Source of the DNA: Sporopachydermia quercuum | Lineage: Eukaryota | Length of the DNA stretch: 64,000 nt | NCBI GenBank assembly: GCA_001599295.1 | Contig: BCGN01000001.1 | Location: forward strand, 992,001-1,056,000 | Reading direction: 5' to 3' | In this document: one piece after another, positions 10,543 through 22,185 of the stretch | How the letters are laid out: the number at the start of each line of letters is the position of its first letter | How positions within the stretch are numbered: position 1 is the first letter of the stretch | Made by a program: the position numbers and the translations under genes | Notes under the pieces: model-generated | Told to the model about the DNA's origin: nothing | What the model saw: only the letters and a program-made list of their open reading frames with translations | Databases searched by the model: none

Positions 10543-12354
10543 TCATATATTTTTACTGTATGCATCTAGTTCTATCGTTGAATCAAATTCACTGCTTCTT
10601 ACTTCGGATGGAGTTTNATCTATTTCCCTTATTAGTTGACCCTCTTTTGAATCGCAATCAAAAGGAATAATATTCAGTTTTCTTGCCTCTGATTCCCTAA
10701 ATGTGCCGTAGTAATCTGCAGCATCAACATCAGGTAGTTCTGGTAGGAAGATTTTGCAAATCACATAGTAGAAAACAATGCTGATGAAAAATCCAAATAT
10801 GGCATTACCTTGATAATATCTAAGTGCGCCAATATCTGTTGTTGTACCACTTGCTTTAGCAGCAAGGCTAGGTATTGGCGGCACACATAATGCTAGCCAA
10901 ACGATCAAAGATCTGAAATTGAACCCGTGCCAGAACCAATAGGCACCACCAGCTGAATCTTTTGAATAAAGATCAGAGAGTTTCAAAGTTCCTTTTCTGA
11001 CTAATAAGAAATCGCATAGCATTATACCAATCAAAGGAGCTAAGAAAGCAGAGAATGAAGACATTATTGTTATGAATCTACTGGCGGTATAAAAAAAAGT
11101 CCATGGTTGACAAGCCCATGAGATAATCCACACAATAATGCATCCTCTTCTGATATTGATATATTTTGGGGCCAATCCAGCTAGATCCATTCCACCAGAA
11201 TATGTATTGCCAATGGTATTAGCGCCTAGTTGTGATAAAACTATGATAAAAGAACAGAAGAAAACTATTGCTCTAGAACCTGAAGAATAATCATGGATGA
11301 CAAGCCAGAGATTATAAATCGATAGAGGATTCCAAATAATAGTGCCATGAACCGTTTGTAAAGCAGACGATGAGATAAGACCAAAGACTGGACATATAGT
11401 ACTAACAACGATAATTAATATCAAAGTACTTGGAACAATAGAAGAGACTTTCCTGGAAGCAAATCTTGAGAAATCACTTTGATTTGCAATGCCTGCACAC
11501 GTTGATCCAAATATTGACGTAATAGCATTTACCCATGCCCATCCTAAATCAGCACCATGAACGGTTGTTTGTGGTTTATCAGAGTTTGAAATATTACCGA
11601 CCCCTCCGACTTCGACAAGAGACCAAATAAATGTTCCTAAAAATACAACAAATGCAAGAAATGAAAATACCATAAGAGGCTTATTCCAAACCTCTAGACG
11701 AAAGAAAACATACAGCAATTGAATAAATTGAAATATTATGTAACCTACCATATACTTCATGGGTACAAGCCCTGAATAACCAGGGAGAACATCTTCCCAG
11801 TCAAAATAACTTTAACTTCATGTTGATATCATCACACCAACTGCCGTACCACCGAACCATGATTGAGAAGACATCCAGACAATAGATAATAGAACTCTTG
11901 TTAAAACGCCAAGCCATGAACCTCTAATACCAAATACAAATCTCTGACTGATAGCGAAACCAATATGCCACTTATTTCCAACCCAACCGTTACCAATCAT
12001 TAAAAGTGCAATCCAGACGTTTGCTATTACCAATACAGCGCAACAGGATNCAAATGATAAACCCAGTGCTACAATGGATGATCCTGTTGCCCATGTTGAG
12101 ACTGCAAATGCGNTAATAGACCAGTATGCAACAAATGAGAAGAAGCCCCATGTTCTTCTATAAACAGGCATCGGCATCAAATATTTATTGATCAACGGGC
12201 TTCCTTTGATATCTTTTGTAAATTTCAGTTCAATTGCATCCAGCATTTTTCCTAATGTCCCANGGGTACCTTGTTGACTACTCACGTCGTCAACAGTCAT
12301 ATTAACTGCTTCAACAGACAAGGAGTTTTTCTCCTGTGCTGNCTGTGTGGCCAT
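10543..12354 (-). pseudogene. NCS1-family thiamine/nicotinamide-riboside permease (THI7/NRT1-like) interrupted by two in-frame stops
   Basis: Track ORFs 12354-11818 and 11760-10543 are in one frame, reading IST-TGA-S-TAA-SYFDW... (TGA 11820-11818, TAA 11814-11812). Family motifs TWGF.S..AYW, QRFVFGI.GS, NQSDFSRF, GMDLAGL.PKYINIRRG. No branch point or splice sites that could remove the stops. Confidence 0.85.
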
Positions 12355-14310
12355 TTTATTTTCTGATACTTTTGTTTACTTCGGTCCTATGCAACTTTCG
12401 CCAGGCTTAGTAGTAGTTCTTGTCTCTGAACCAGTTTGAATCCAACTGCTAGCTTAACGATCGGCAACTTGCTCTTATTTGATCTTCAGTGCTTTTCTAT
12501 TCGGTTTAGCGATCAAGAAGAGTTCATATTTCAACTCCAGGAGAAAATGCCCTAGTATCTATAAATTGTTCAATTATGTAGGGGATTTCGTAGAAAGGAT
12601 GAAGAAAACAAGTAAGCAAACAACAATAGACAATAGACAATTAGTTATAAGAGTTTTCCAACTACATCAACTATTACCAGCTACCTAAAGATGAGCAGAC
12701 AATTGAGCACTCAACACCTAATCAAAATTCAGTCTGATCAGGTACTTCGCTAACTTTTTCCAATTACTATTCTATATTTTTTCCTATCAATAGTGAATTA
12801 TCATACAAATCATCTTTGGAAGAAAGGAAGCTTGGTCGGATCAATTCTAAGTCATCCAAATTATTAGATCTTTTGATCCTCAAACTTACTTTAGGGTTTC
12901 TGCTAANTGCGAGCTTATATTTCTGACCCGCTGCTTCTTTGGTGTTTTCAATGAAATAAAACGAAGTTTGAAGTTTAAGTTGCGCACTTCCACCTTGGAG
13001 CTAAAACTCTTTAACAGAACCTTATATCAGTATACGAGTATATATGAGTATAACTTTGAACTCTATTTCCAGCAGGTTTTGTAGTCTGAAATCCTCCTTT
13101 TGGTTGGAGAAAACTCTAGTATGTAGCATTGGACTGAGTGGGAAGCGATTCTTGGATAGAGTTGATTATTTTGGTTTATGAAAAAGGTGAATATGGTTTT
13201 TTCTTGTGTTCCTTGGTTAGTTGGATATTATATTAGCAATGATCTTTTTTTACTGTTTTATTTTTAGTTAATCATTGGGAAATAGTGTAGGAGTAGAGCA
13301 AAATGCCCAGTATTAATTTTTCATAGTATAATGCACATTGGTGTTGAAATAAATAATTATAAGGGCATCTAGGCATTCAAGTATGATAATTTCGTAATTT
13401 GCTGTAAGAGTATTGATATTTCCTACGTCCTATCGGAAGTCGTTCTGATCACAATATACAGCAGAATCGAAAGTTACCACTGTAATCAAAGCTAGAGACT
13501 TCCTCGCCATCCATCTGATTCAAAATTTTTTTTAAAGGAGTAAAATTCTCTCTCTTCATAGCTACATTGTTTCATCCATAAAGTTACTCAGATGTTCTGT
13601 TGATGCTTCGTTAACTTTGAGTCGCATGTCTCAAACTTTCATTCTATACAAAGGAAAAAGCTTGATCCGCTAGCCTAAAAGAGAGTGAGTTTTATTCTCA
13701 ATATCCTAAAACCAAGAGAAACATTCCATATATAATAGACTAATTAAATTAAAACAAAACACATTTCAGTATCGACCCATATGTATCCCCCCACCTATCA
13801 TCAATTGACAGTTAAAAATCGATAAGGTGGAAAAGGTAATAACATCAATATGATTTTCAAGATTGTCTGAATAAATAAAACCAGATTGTCCATAGGCCTG
13901 ATCAAACAACCTTCGATGTTTCTTGAGAAAGCGAATAAATTTTGGTCAAATTAGCATAATATTGGTGTGAAAACCATGAAGTAAGAATACGAGATTTACG
14001 AAAATTGTTGAGATTCATTTCTCCGTTCTATGTATCTTTTATTTCAGTTCATTGATGGAAAGATGCGAGTATATATCAAGTCACAGGGGGCCACAACTCA
14101 TATTTGTACAGGCTAAACTCAGAAAACTTAACGAATTCACTACGGACGGTAGTTCTTTTCTTCTTAAGAAACCATCTAAAATAACGATCTTTCATGAATC
14201 CATCGTAGATCCAAAATAGTATTGAATGAAGTCTTGTTATCTACTAGAGTTGAACTTGGGGTTAGCTATAAAACAAAGTTGAAGTTACTATGAAGAGTAA
14301 AATTAACTTA

Positions 14311-14344
14311 AGTGTTAAGGTTAGTCAAGATCAACCTTAACACT
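14311..14344. repeat. Perfect 12-bp inverted repeat with 10-nt spacer
   Basis: AGTGTTAAGGTT-agtcaagatc-AACCTTAACACT. Confidence 0.9.
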
Positions 14345-15341
14345 AAAAATCCTCGGAACAGGCTTTATTTTTTCAAAGATCTGGACAAACAAAAAAGCGA
14401 ATAACGAGAGTGATCTGATCCTATTAATTGGAAGATATATGAAATAATGATTAAGTTTGCAGACCAAAACTGTTGCGTGTCGTTGTACTAAAATTCGGTG
14501 ATATCATTATCTAGAAACCCATAGATTGAAATATAATCTGATTACCAAGCACGTATACTCAAACGCTTGAACTTGATAGTTGTAATAAACAAGCATTTGA
14601 CTCTTAACATATCCATATCAAATATGTATGGTTTCTATTAACTTTACTTCAACGGAAAAAAAACCAAATGCAGGAGTTTCTTGGCTGGTAGTCAATCNGA
14701 GTTTCTCTCCTAGGGAGTTAAATGAAGATAGCAATTGAGAAAAGTTGACAAGTCAGTGATGAGATACTGGTTGTCCGTCAGGAAGCTCAAGAGAAATCGC
14801 TGATAGACTACTTTAATGAGTCGAATATTCCTCCATTTGAATATATTTTGAAGCTTGAGGAACGGTTTATTAAGAAACCTTTTCCTTCAATAAAATGTCT
14901 TGAGAAAGAAATAAAGCATTTCTGCTAGTTATACCATGAGGAACAGAAGAATACAACGTAACTTAGAAACAATGATTTAACATGACAAGTATTAGAACAA
15001 TGAAATTTCATTTATCCAAAATGAAGATAACTGATTAAATTATGCTTCCCTACCTTTTCAAGGTTTTCTCATTCGGTAGGGTGACAGATGTTTATGATTA
15101 TTTAATCGTTAAAGCAATAGATGATTATCTAATCATAAATTGTATTCTTTCTTCTCATGTCGGTTATTCTTTTCACTCAAATACCTAACAATGAAGGGTC
15201 TATGTTATCATTTGCTGTTCATGTTATTCATTTTGCTTTTACTATTTGATCAAAAAATTGTGATAATTTGGTTTCTTTGGACCACTTATACATCTTATTC
15301 ACGTTGAAAGAACTATATACCTATCACATATTTCAGTCATT

Positions 15342-16371
15342 ATGGTAAGTACTTGATCACGTACTCGCTATTCATTATCGTTTGTAATCCCATACATGGA
15401 ATAGTGTATTACACCCAACTATTACAATTTACTAACAATCATTATAGACGGATGTTTCAAGGCTACCGCCGCATGTTGCTTTACTATTTGCACCAAGATC
15501 ATCTCTCCCGTTCATTCCACCATCGGATTACCAACCAGAAGAAAGAAAAACTTGCACAATAACATCAGTTTCAGCCTTCTTACCAGTATTGAATGAAGCA
15601 CAGCTTGAAGAGACAAAGCCAGAAGCCGACCCTTCTACCACAAGAACGGAGTCAAAGACGGAAAGCATAGAAAATAGAGAAACAAAAACAGACAAACTAC
15701 CTACCCATTTCTCACCAGCAACTGACCCTCAGATTAGAGGTGATCCATACTGTACAATATTTCTATCAAGATTGCCGTACTCAACAACAGAAAGCGATAT
15801 TGAACAACTATGTTCACCGTTTGGTCCAATCACGAGAATTCGCTTAGTAAGAGATGTAGCTTCAGGTAAATCAAGAGGATATGCATTTGTCGTGTTTAAT
15901 AGAGAACATGACGCCAGAAATGCAGTGAAAGGTTTGAACGATAAGTTAATAGAACGAAGAAGAATTATTGTTGATGTGGAAAGAGGAAGAACGATTAAAG
16001 GTTGGTTGCCTAGAAGGTTAGGAGGTGGAAGAGGTGGTAGAGGATATTCGCAAAGGGATAAGGAAATGGGGGAGAGAAATGAAAGAGGGGATCGTTTCGT
16101 TAGAAAAGATAACCGTGATAGGGAAAGAAGGGATCGTGTTGATAGAAACGAAAGAACGGAGCGAACGGAGCGAATGGAACGAATTGAGAGGATTGAGAAA
16201 GAAAAAAGCTTCAGAACAACTCGTGATGAGTATAGGGAAAAGAAGGAAATTGAATTTAGGAAGATGAGGGATAGAGACAGAGAGCTTGAAGTACGTAAAC
16301 CTAGAGATAGAGGATCAAGAGACTCAAGAGATTTTCATGATCGAAGGAGACGTGAAAGAAGTCCGCGTTAG
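15342..16371 (+). CDS. SNP1: U1 snRNP 70K protein, 2 exons (ATG-only first exon)
   Basis: ATG 15342-15344, then intron 15345-15447 (GTAAGT...TACTAAC-AATCATTATAG). Exon 2 from 15448 gives MTDVSRLPPHVALLFAPR, the U1-70K N-terminus. RRM with GKSRGYAFVVF, VDVERGRT.KGW.PRRLGGG.GG and an RD/RE-rich tail. Confidence 0.93.
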
Positions 16372-17582
16372 TAGACTTTACCTGTATAGTAGATACACGC
16401 CTGTTATTTTCATTTATATCTAATAGGACTATTGTTTTCAATTAATGAAGTTAAAGCTTGAAATGAAAAATTAATGGAGCTGCTGTTTAATTACCAACAA
16501 GTCCATGATATACTGCTACAAGGAGTTGTACATTATTTACTGGTTACTATACGCTATATCTTAGGTTAGCTTTGTATAATCAACTATCAATATATTTGAT
16601 AGAACAGCCAAATTTGTATCAAGATATCGGTGCACAGCCTTTCAAGTATAAATGGTATACCATAGTTTATTGCTTTGACTACTCAGAAGGTGCAATGGTT
16701 CATCCTCTTGTTTATCACCAAACGCCACACTTGTAGGACCACTATCAGCTACTGATCAATAAACATCAAATAACTCCAAGTAGTCATATAAGTCCCGTAT
16801 TTTCTTCTAGTCGAACTCAACTAAAAGATTGGAGCCTATAATATAGTTTTGCTTACCATCCTATTTGTCATTATTTCTTCAAGTGACAAGCTAGTCTACC
16901 ACTGAAGATGAACCATATGAAGAAAGAATGTAAGGCAGAAGAAGTTCGAAGTTTGGAATTGGGAAACATTTTACTACGATATGCAAAATTATGCATGATT
17001 TTAAACTCCAAAACACCTTTCCAAACTTCTCATTATCTGATCATCTAATCATAACCTTATTAATTGAAGCTTGAAACCTTAAATTACCCTTGCTTTGTAA
17101 GACCATTTCTTTCATTTTTTTTTCATCTCTGCTTCTACATTTTCTGTTGACTAATCATTTAAAAGTTTTTTTTCCCTCGCAAATTCAAAAAATGTCTTCT
17201 CAAATCGGTCACTTTGAAGCAAAAAAAGACCTTTGAAACAGAGAATCACAATGCATTAATATGCAAGCTTAAACAATTCGAACTTAATTTAACACTTCAT
17301 CTACCATAGTGAAAAGATTCTAAGAATTTAACTTATGTGATCGTTTACTTTCGTGGTTCTATCAAAGAGTCTTGCTCCCATAGAACAATGGTCAATCATA
17401 AATCGAGCCCAGAAGCCATATGTAAACCCTTCAAACATCATTTTTTCTTTTGAGACAAAATCTCCGGGTTGTTGCTAACTGGTGGACCAACTCGTACTCG
17501 ACTTATCAACAGATAAATCAGATCAGGCAGAGCAAGTAATCCATCCTATCTACCAACTGTATTTTAATATCAAAGATTGATC

Positions 17583-18371
17583 ATGGATTTGAAACCTTCA
17601 AAGCTTGGATCTCTAGCTTACTGGGATGAATTTTACGACAGAGAGAAAGAAAATTTTGCCTCCAACAAGAACAACTCAGGTGAAGTTTGGTTTGCTGAAT
17701 CAAACGCTGAATCGACTATGATCCGATTTCTCAATAATGAGTTCGAGGACATACAACAATTACATGAAGATGAAGAGGATGACAGTATAATAAAAATGAT
17801 AGATTTAGGCACTGGAAATGGTCATTTGTTGTTTTCAATCAGAGAGGAATGTGTTTTTGATAATAAACTATGTGGAATTGATTATTCTTCAAAATCAATT
17901 GAATTTGCCAACCAAGTACTAGACGCTTTACAAAATGGTGAAGAGACAGAATTCCAAGATATTGAAGACATTTCAAGTATTGAATTCCATCATGTAGATT
18001 TATTAACTGATGACACTTTTCTCCTGAAAAATTCTAAACAATGGAATGTAGTGTTGGATAAAGGTACGTTGGATGCCATTGCACTCAGTAATCAATTATA
18101 TGTTGATAATGAGACTGGTGAATCTCTGAAAGGAGTTGAAATGTACGTTAAGAGAGCCTATAAATTACTCAATGACAAAGGCTTATTGGTTATAACATCG
18201 TGCAATTTTACTGAAGATGAGCTTATAAACCTGGTAACTATTGAAAAATATAGTAAGGGTCAACTGGAAGTCTATAAAAGACTTCAGTATCCATCATTTC
18301 AATTTGGGGGTCAAAAAGGTTCAACAGTGTGTACAGTAGTATTTAAATTAAAAACGTATAGATGTTGTTAA
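17583..18371 (+). CDS. EFM4: eEF1A lysine methyltransferase Efm4/See1
   Basis: PSKLG...YWD.FY.RE..NF, GEVWF, IDLGTGNGHLLF, GIDYS, LDKGTLDAIAL, ITSCNFT, YP.FQFGGQKG.TVC. First ATG at 17583. Confidence 0.93.
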   Translation: MDLKPSKLGSLAYWDEFYDREKENFASNKNNSGEVWFAESNAESTMIRFLNNEFEDIQQLHEDEEDDSIIKMIDLGTGNGHLLFSIREECVFDNKLCGIDYSSKSIEFANQVLDALQNGEETEFQDIEDISSIEFHHVDLLTDDTFLLKNSKQWNVVLDKGTLDAIALSNQLYVDNETGESLKGVEMYVKRAYKLLNDKGLLVITSCNFTEDELINLVTIEKYSKGQLEVYKRLQYPSFQFGGQKGSTVCTVVFKLKTYRCC

Positions 18372-18518
18372 TATGTAAATAGTAGTTAAAACAATAACTT
18401 GCTACCATAGCATAATACAAATGTATCTGGATCAACTGATCATCGTTGTTCATTCATACGGCACATTATAATAATTCATGATATCTGTTTCCTTTTATTG
18501 AACATTTGTTCCATTCCA

Positions 18519-21500
18519 TTAATACTGAAGTATAGTAGTAAAGCTTGGCTCACCATATAACTTTGCTCTATCTAACGATGAGCTATTATATCTAACTTGG
18601 ACTTTCCTCTTTCTCATCTCATCATCAATACGTTTATGATTCATGCAGTTACTGATACAACTAGTTCTGATATCAACCCCCAAGTTCTTACCAGTAGTAT
18701 TTTCCGATGATAAACAATAGAAATGATTTGCATGATTTGCTTGGCTCTTTGGTTCATTGCCATACAGATTATTGTCTTCTTCGTCGTCAGAAAACAACCA
18801 AGCAGCAGGAATTGAGTTTCCTGAGCTATTTCTAAAGATCTTTCTTTTCCTTGCCTTTTTCCTTGCTTGCGATTCTTCTACATCTTCAAATACTTCTTCT
18901 TGGTCTCCATAGTTTGCTTCTAATACTACTGTTTCTATCATATCTTTATCCGTCTTTCCCCGATTGCTCTTCTGCTTCTTCTTCTTCTTCTGATTGCTAT
19001 GTTCATTATCGCTATTACTGTCTGAAGGATCGTTCGCTTCCTCAACCTCATAAGAAACAATTCCGTTATCTGTATCATCATCATCACTGTCAATACTGTC
19101 ATCAGAGTCATAGTATCTATATTTCTTATGCCCGGACTTGATGTCATCATCAATAGAAATATCATCACTACTGTCAATCATTTCAACTTCATGGACTTCT
19201 TCCACTGGTCTAAATTCTTCTAAGCTCACATCAGAATCATCTTCATCTTCGTATTCATCAGACGAGTCAGTTGCTTCTTCAACACTCATTGTTATCGTGA
19301 GGTCTTCGTCATTGCTTGAATCATCTTGCTGCTGTTCAGGATATTCTTTAGTGCTAGCTGGTATACTTGGTTTAGTGAATACTTCTCTTTTGAATGCTAG
19401 ATCATCAGCACTATAACTATACATTCCTCTTGACCGCTTGGTAGCCGATGAACCATCTGTATTGATATTCGTTGCAGTAGTGGCGTTAGTGGTGTTAGCG
19501 GTAGAGTTGCTGTTGCTACTGCTATTGGTGGTATTAGAGGTATCGTTACCACTCTCATCCTTCTCACTATTGGTATTTTCAGTGTTCTTATCACGAGAAC
19601 TGCCATCACTATTTTCATTGTTATCATCATCCTTATCCTCATCCTTATCCTCTTGCTTATCCTCTTGCTTATCCTCATGCTTATCCTCTTGCTTATCCTC
19701 TTGCTTATCCTCTTGCTTATCCTCTTCCTCCTCTTTTGAAATATTATCAATTAACTCTTCTAATAATTCCTTCAACCGCAATGCAACATCATGGCTTCCA
19801 ACTCTTAAACTAAACTGACATGGAACCCCTTCCTCAAAAGTAGTGATAAGCAAAATTTTGGAGTTATCTTTAAGACCAATTTTAATTCCTGCTACTAACG
19901 GGAGATTCAATATCACCTTAAGCGTCTGTCGAGCTCTCATGACTAATCTATTCTTGATAACAGCTTTATCTCTATTATTTTCATCGTTTTGAATACTTTC
20001 AACTATTTTATTAACATGCAACTCTCCTAGTCCTCTTTCTTTCCATCCTGATTCGACATTCTGCAGATTAACATAGAATAACCTTCCTGTACATTTAAAC
20101 AAGATCTTCTCATGTTCTTCTCCAGTTTCAATAACCTTTTGCTCCAATGGTGCTTCTACCTTAATATACAAATCTTTCACTGGTTCCGACGAGGGTTTCA
20201 GTTCATTTTCCATTGTTTTCGTTGAGCTCAGCCAGGATTCATGTTGGGTATTATTCGTGACACTGGTTTTAGTCCCAAACAGAGTTCCTGCCCCAAATAG
20301 TGGTCTAGATCCAGAGCTGGTTGTTTTGGTTCTAAAAGTATGTTGCTCGTCACCATTGGAAAATGACGAAATGGTCGACGATACTGTAGAGGGTGAGCTA
20401 GAACTAAGCCACGATGATCCCGAGAGCTTGACTCCACTTGCCGTGAAAGGAGAGCTTTGACCAAATTTTGCTGTGGAACCAAAAGAAAAGCCTCCTGCCC
20501 CAAACTTAGCTTTCGTTGAAGGCTGTGCTATTTCACTGGTTGGTTTATTGGATTCGGCATTATCAGCCTGTTGATTGGTCGTTTCATTCTTTTTCTTGAT
20601 TCCTGCAGATCCTTCTTCTGATTCTGATTCTGATTCTGATTCTGATTCTGCTTCTGGTTCTGCTTCTGATTCCGCATCTTCATCGTCATCTTCATCGTCA
20701 TCTTCACTCTCTGAAGGTTTTTTTGGTTGAGAAGCTGTGATGGAAGAAGCAGATCTAATAGCACCAAATGGCGTTGTCATACCAAATACGTGTTTCTTCT
20801 CTGATGCGGTCACGGGATTGACTCCAGTGAGTTTACTGGACTCAGAAATAGTGCTAGTTGTAACAGCCGCGCCAATATTACCATCACCACCTGCTGGCTG
20901 GTCCTGATTTGCTTCAACGGCATTTTCACTACTTTCATTACGGTTCTGATTATCATCAGCCTTGTTCTTATTCTTAGAGGTGAACTCTTTTGCTTCTCTT
21001 GTGAACTTCGCAACCAAATCATGGATTCTATTTGCCAAATTAGAATCACTGGTTTTAATAGCAAACTGCCATAAAGCACCATCTTCAAACCCTGTTATAT
21101 GAACAACCTTTTGACTGCCAGGGGCCATCGAACAAACTATTCCCGCCGTAATAGGCATATTCAATATCACGCGACCAACAACTCTGGATCTCATAATAAT
21201 CCTATATTTATATAGTTGATTAGTACAACTATTGATATGCAATTCACCTACACCCCTTTCCTTCCATGATTTCTCTTTATCAATTAGTTTGAATGCGTAT
21301 AGTTTAGCTGAGCTTTTGAATACAATCTCTTCCTCTTCTTCACCAGTTTTGATAGTAGCTGCTTCTAATGGTGCTTTCACTTGAACGTAATAATCTTTCA
21401 TTTCACTGCCGTTCTTGGATATATTAGCAGTCACGCTTGATGTTACCTCTGACTTTTCTGTTTGTTCTGCTGCTTTTGCTGCTACTGCTGGTTGCTCATT

Positions 21501-22185
21501 GGTTAACCAAGACTGTGTTACGTTCGGACTAGGAGCAAAAGCAGCACCAAATTTGAATTTGGGCTTCTGGTCTTCATTTTCGTTACTAGTACCGTTATTT
21601 ACAATGTTGAGGCCACTGGTTGTTGTATTAGATGGTTTGGTATTCATCCAAGAGCTACCGGTACTGCTGTTGGACGTTGCGAACGAAGATGAGCCAAAAG
21701 CTGTTCCAGCTCCAAAGGAAAATTTGGGCTTTTTAATATTTTCTGGTTTGTTTTCAGTTCCATCATCAGTGTTCTGTTTCAGCCATGAATTGCTCGTGTT
21801 CGCCGTGAAGCTGGCACTTGTACCAAACTTCAATCCGCTGCCAAAGGCGCTTCGGGGGTTCGGCTCTGGGTGTTGTTAGTATTTGTAATAGCAGTGGAAA
21901 CGTAACCGAAATGAGAGATCAGTATTCAAAAGAAAGAATTCAATTTATTTGAGGTAGTATAATTTCGATAAAAACCTATCATCCAAACTAATAAAAATGT
22001 AACCTTCAGTATACAGAAACATAATCGACAATGTAACTGATCACCGATTACTACGTCAACCACTAAACGGTTAATAACCCAACAACTAAAGAAAACATAC
22101 CTGAATGAGCTTTTTCTTCGTTATGCTCCTCTTCATCAAGTTCAGAGGACTTTCGTTTGTTGTTTAAACTGTTCTCTTGATCCAT
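18519..22185 (-). CDS. YRB2: Yrb2-like FG-repeat/Ran-binding protein with two RanBD domains and a long acidic tail, 2 exons
   Basis: Exon 1 22185-22101 (MDQENSLNNKRK...), intron 22100-21866 (GTATGT...TACTAAC-AACACCCAG), exon 2 21865-18519. AFGSGLKFG repeats and two TGEE.E...WKERG.G.L..N...R.(I/V)MR domains. Lies between EFM4 and ARC15 as in S. cerevisiae. Confidence 0.85.
19621..19728. repeat. Coding 12-bp minisatellite (about 9 units, mostly QEDK on the minus strand) in YRB2
   Basis: TTATCCTCTTGC and near-identical variants in tandem. Confidence 0.9.

Noticed and set aside
11812..11820. UGA=Trp or stop-codon reassignment
   Set aside because: All other genes use TGG for Trp and end normally at TGA, TAA or TAG; only this gene has internal stops.
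14538..14596. TPP-riboswitch-like TATACTC...TGAACTTGAT-AGTT-GTAATA-AAC near the thiamine-permease-like gene
   Set aside because: It lacks the CTGAGA and GCG core nucleotides, lies on the opposite strand from the permease and 2.2 kb away, and is not in an intron. An Infernal TPP scan would settle it.
19438..19818. Antisense and alternative-frame ORFs over low-complexity coding regions (also 7740-8057, 30007-30426, 46180-46569, 57333-57895)
   Set aside because: They are shadows of repeats or acidic tracts in real genes, or of the microsatellite.
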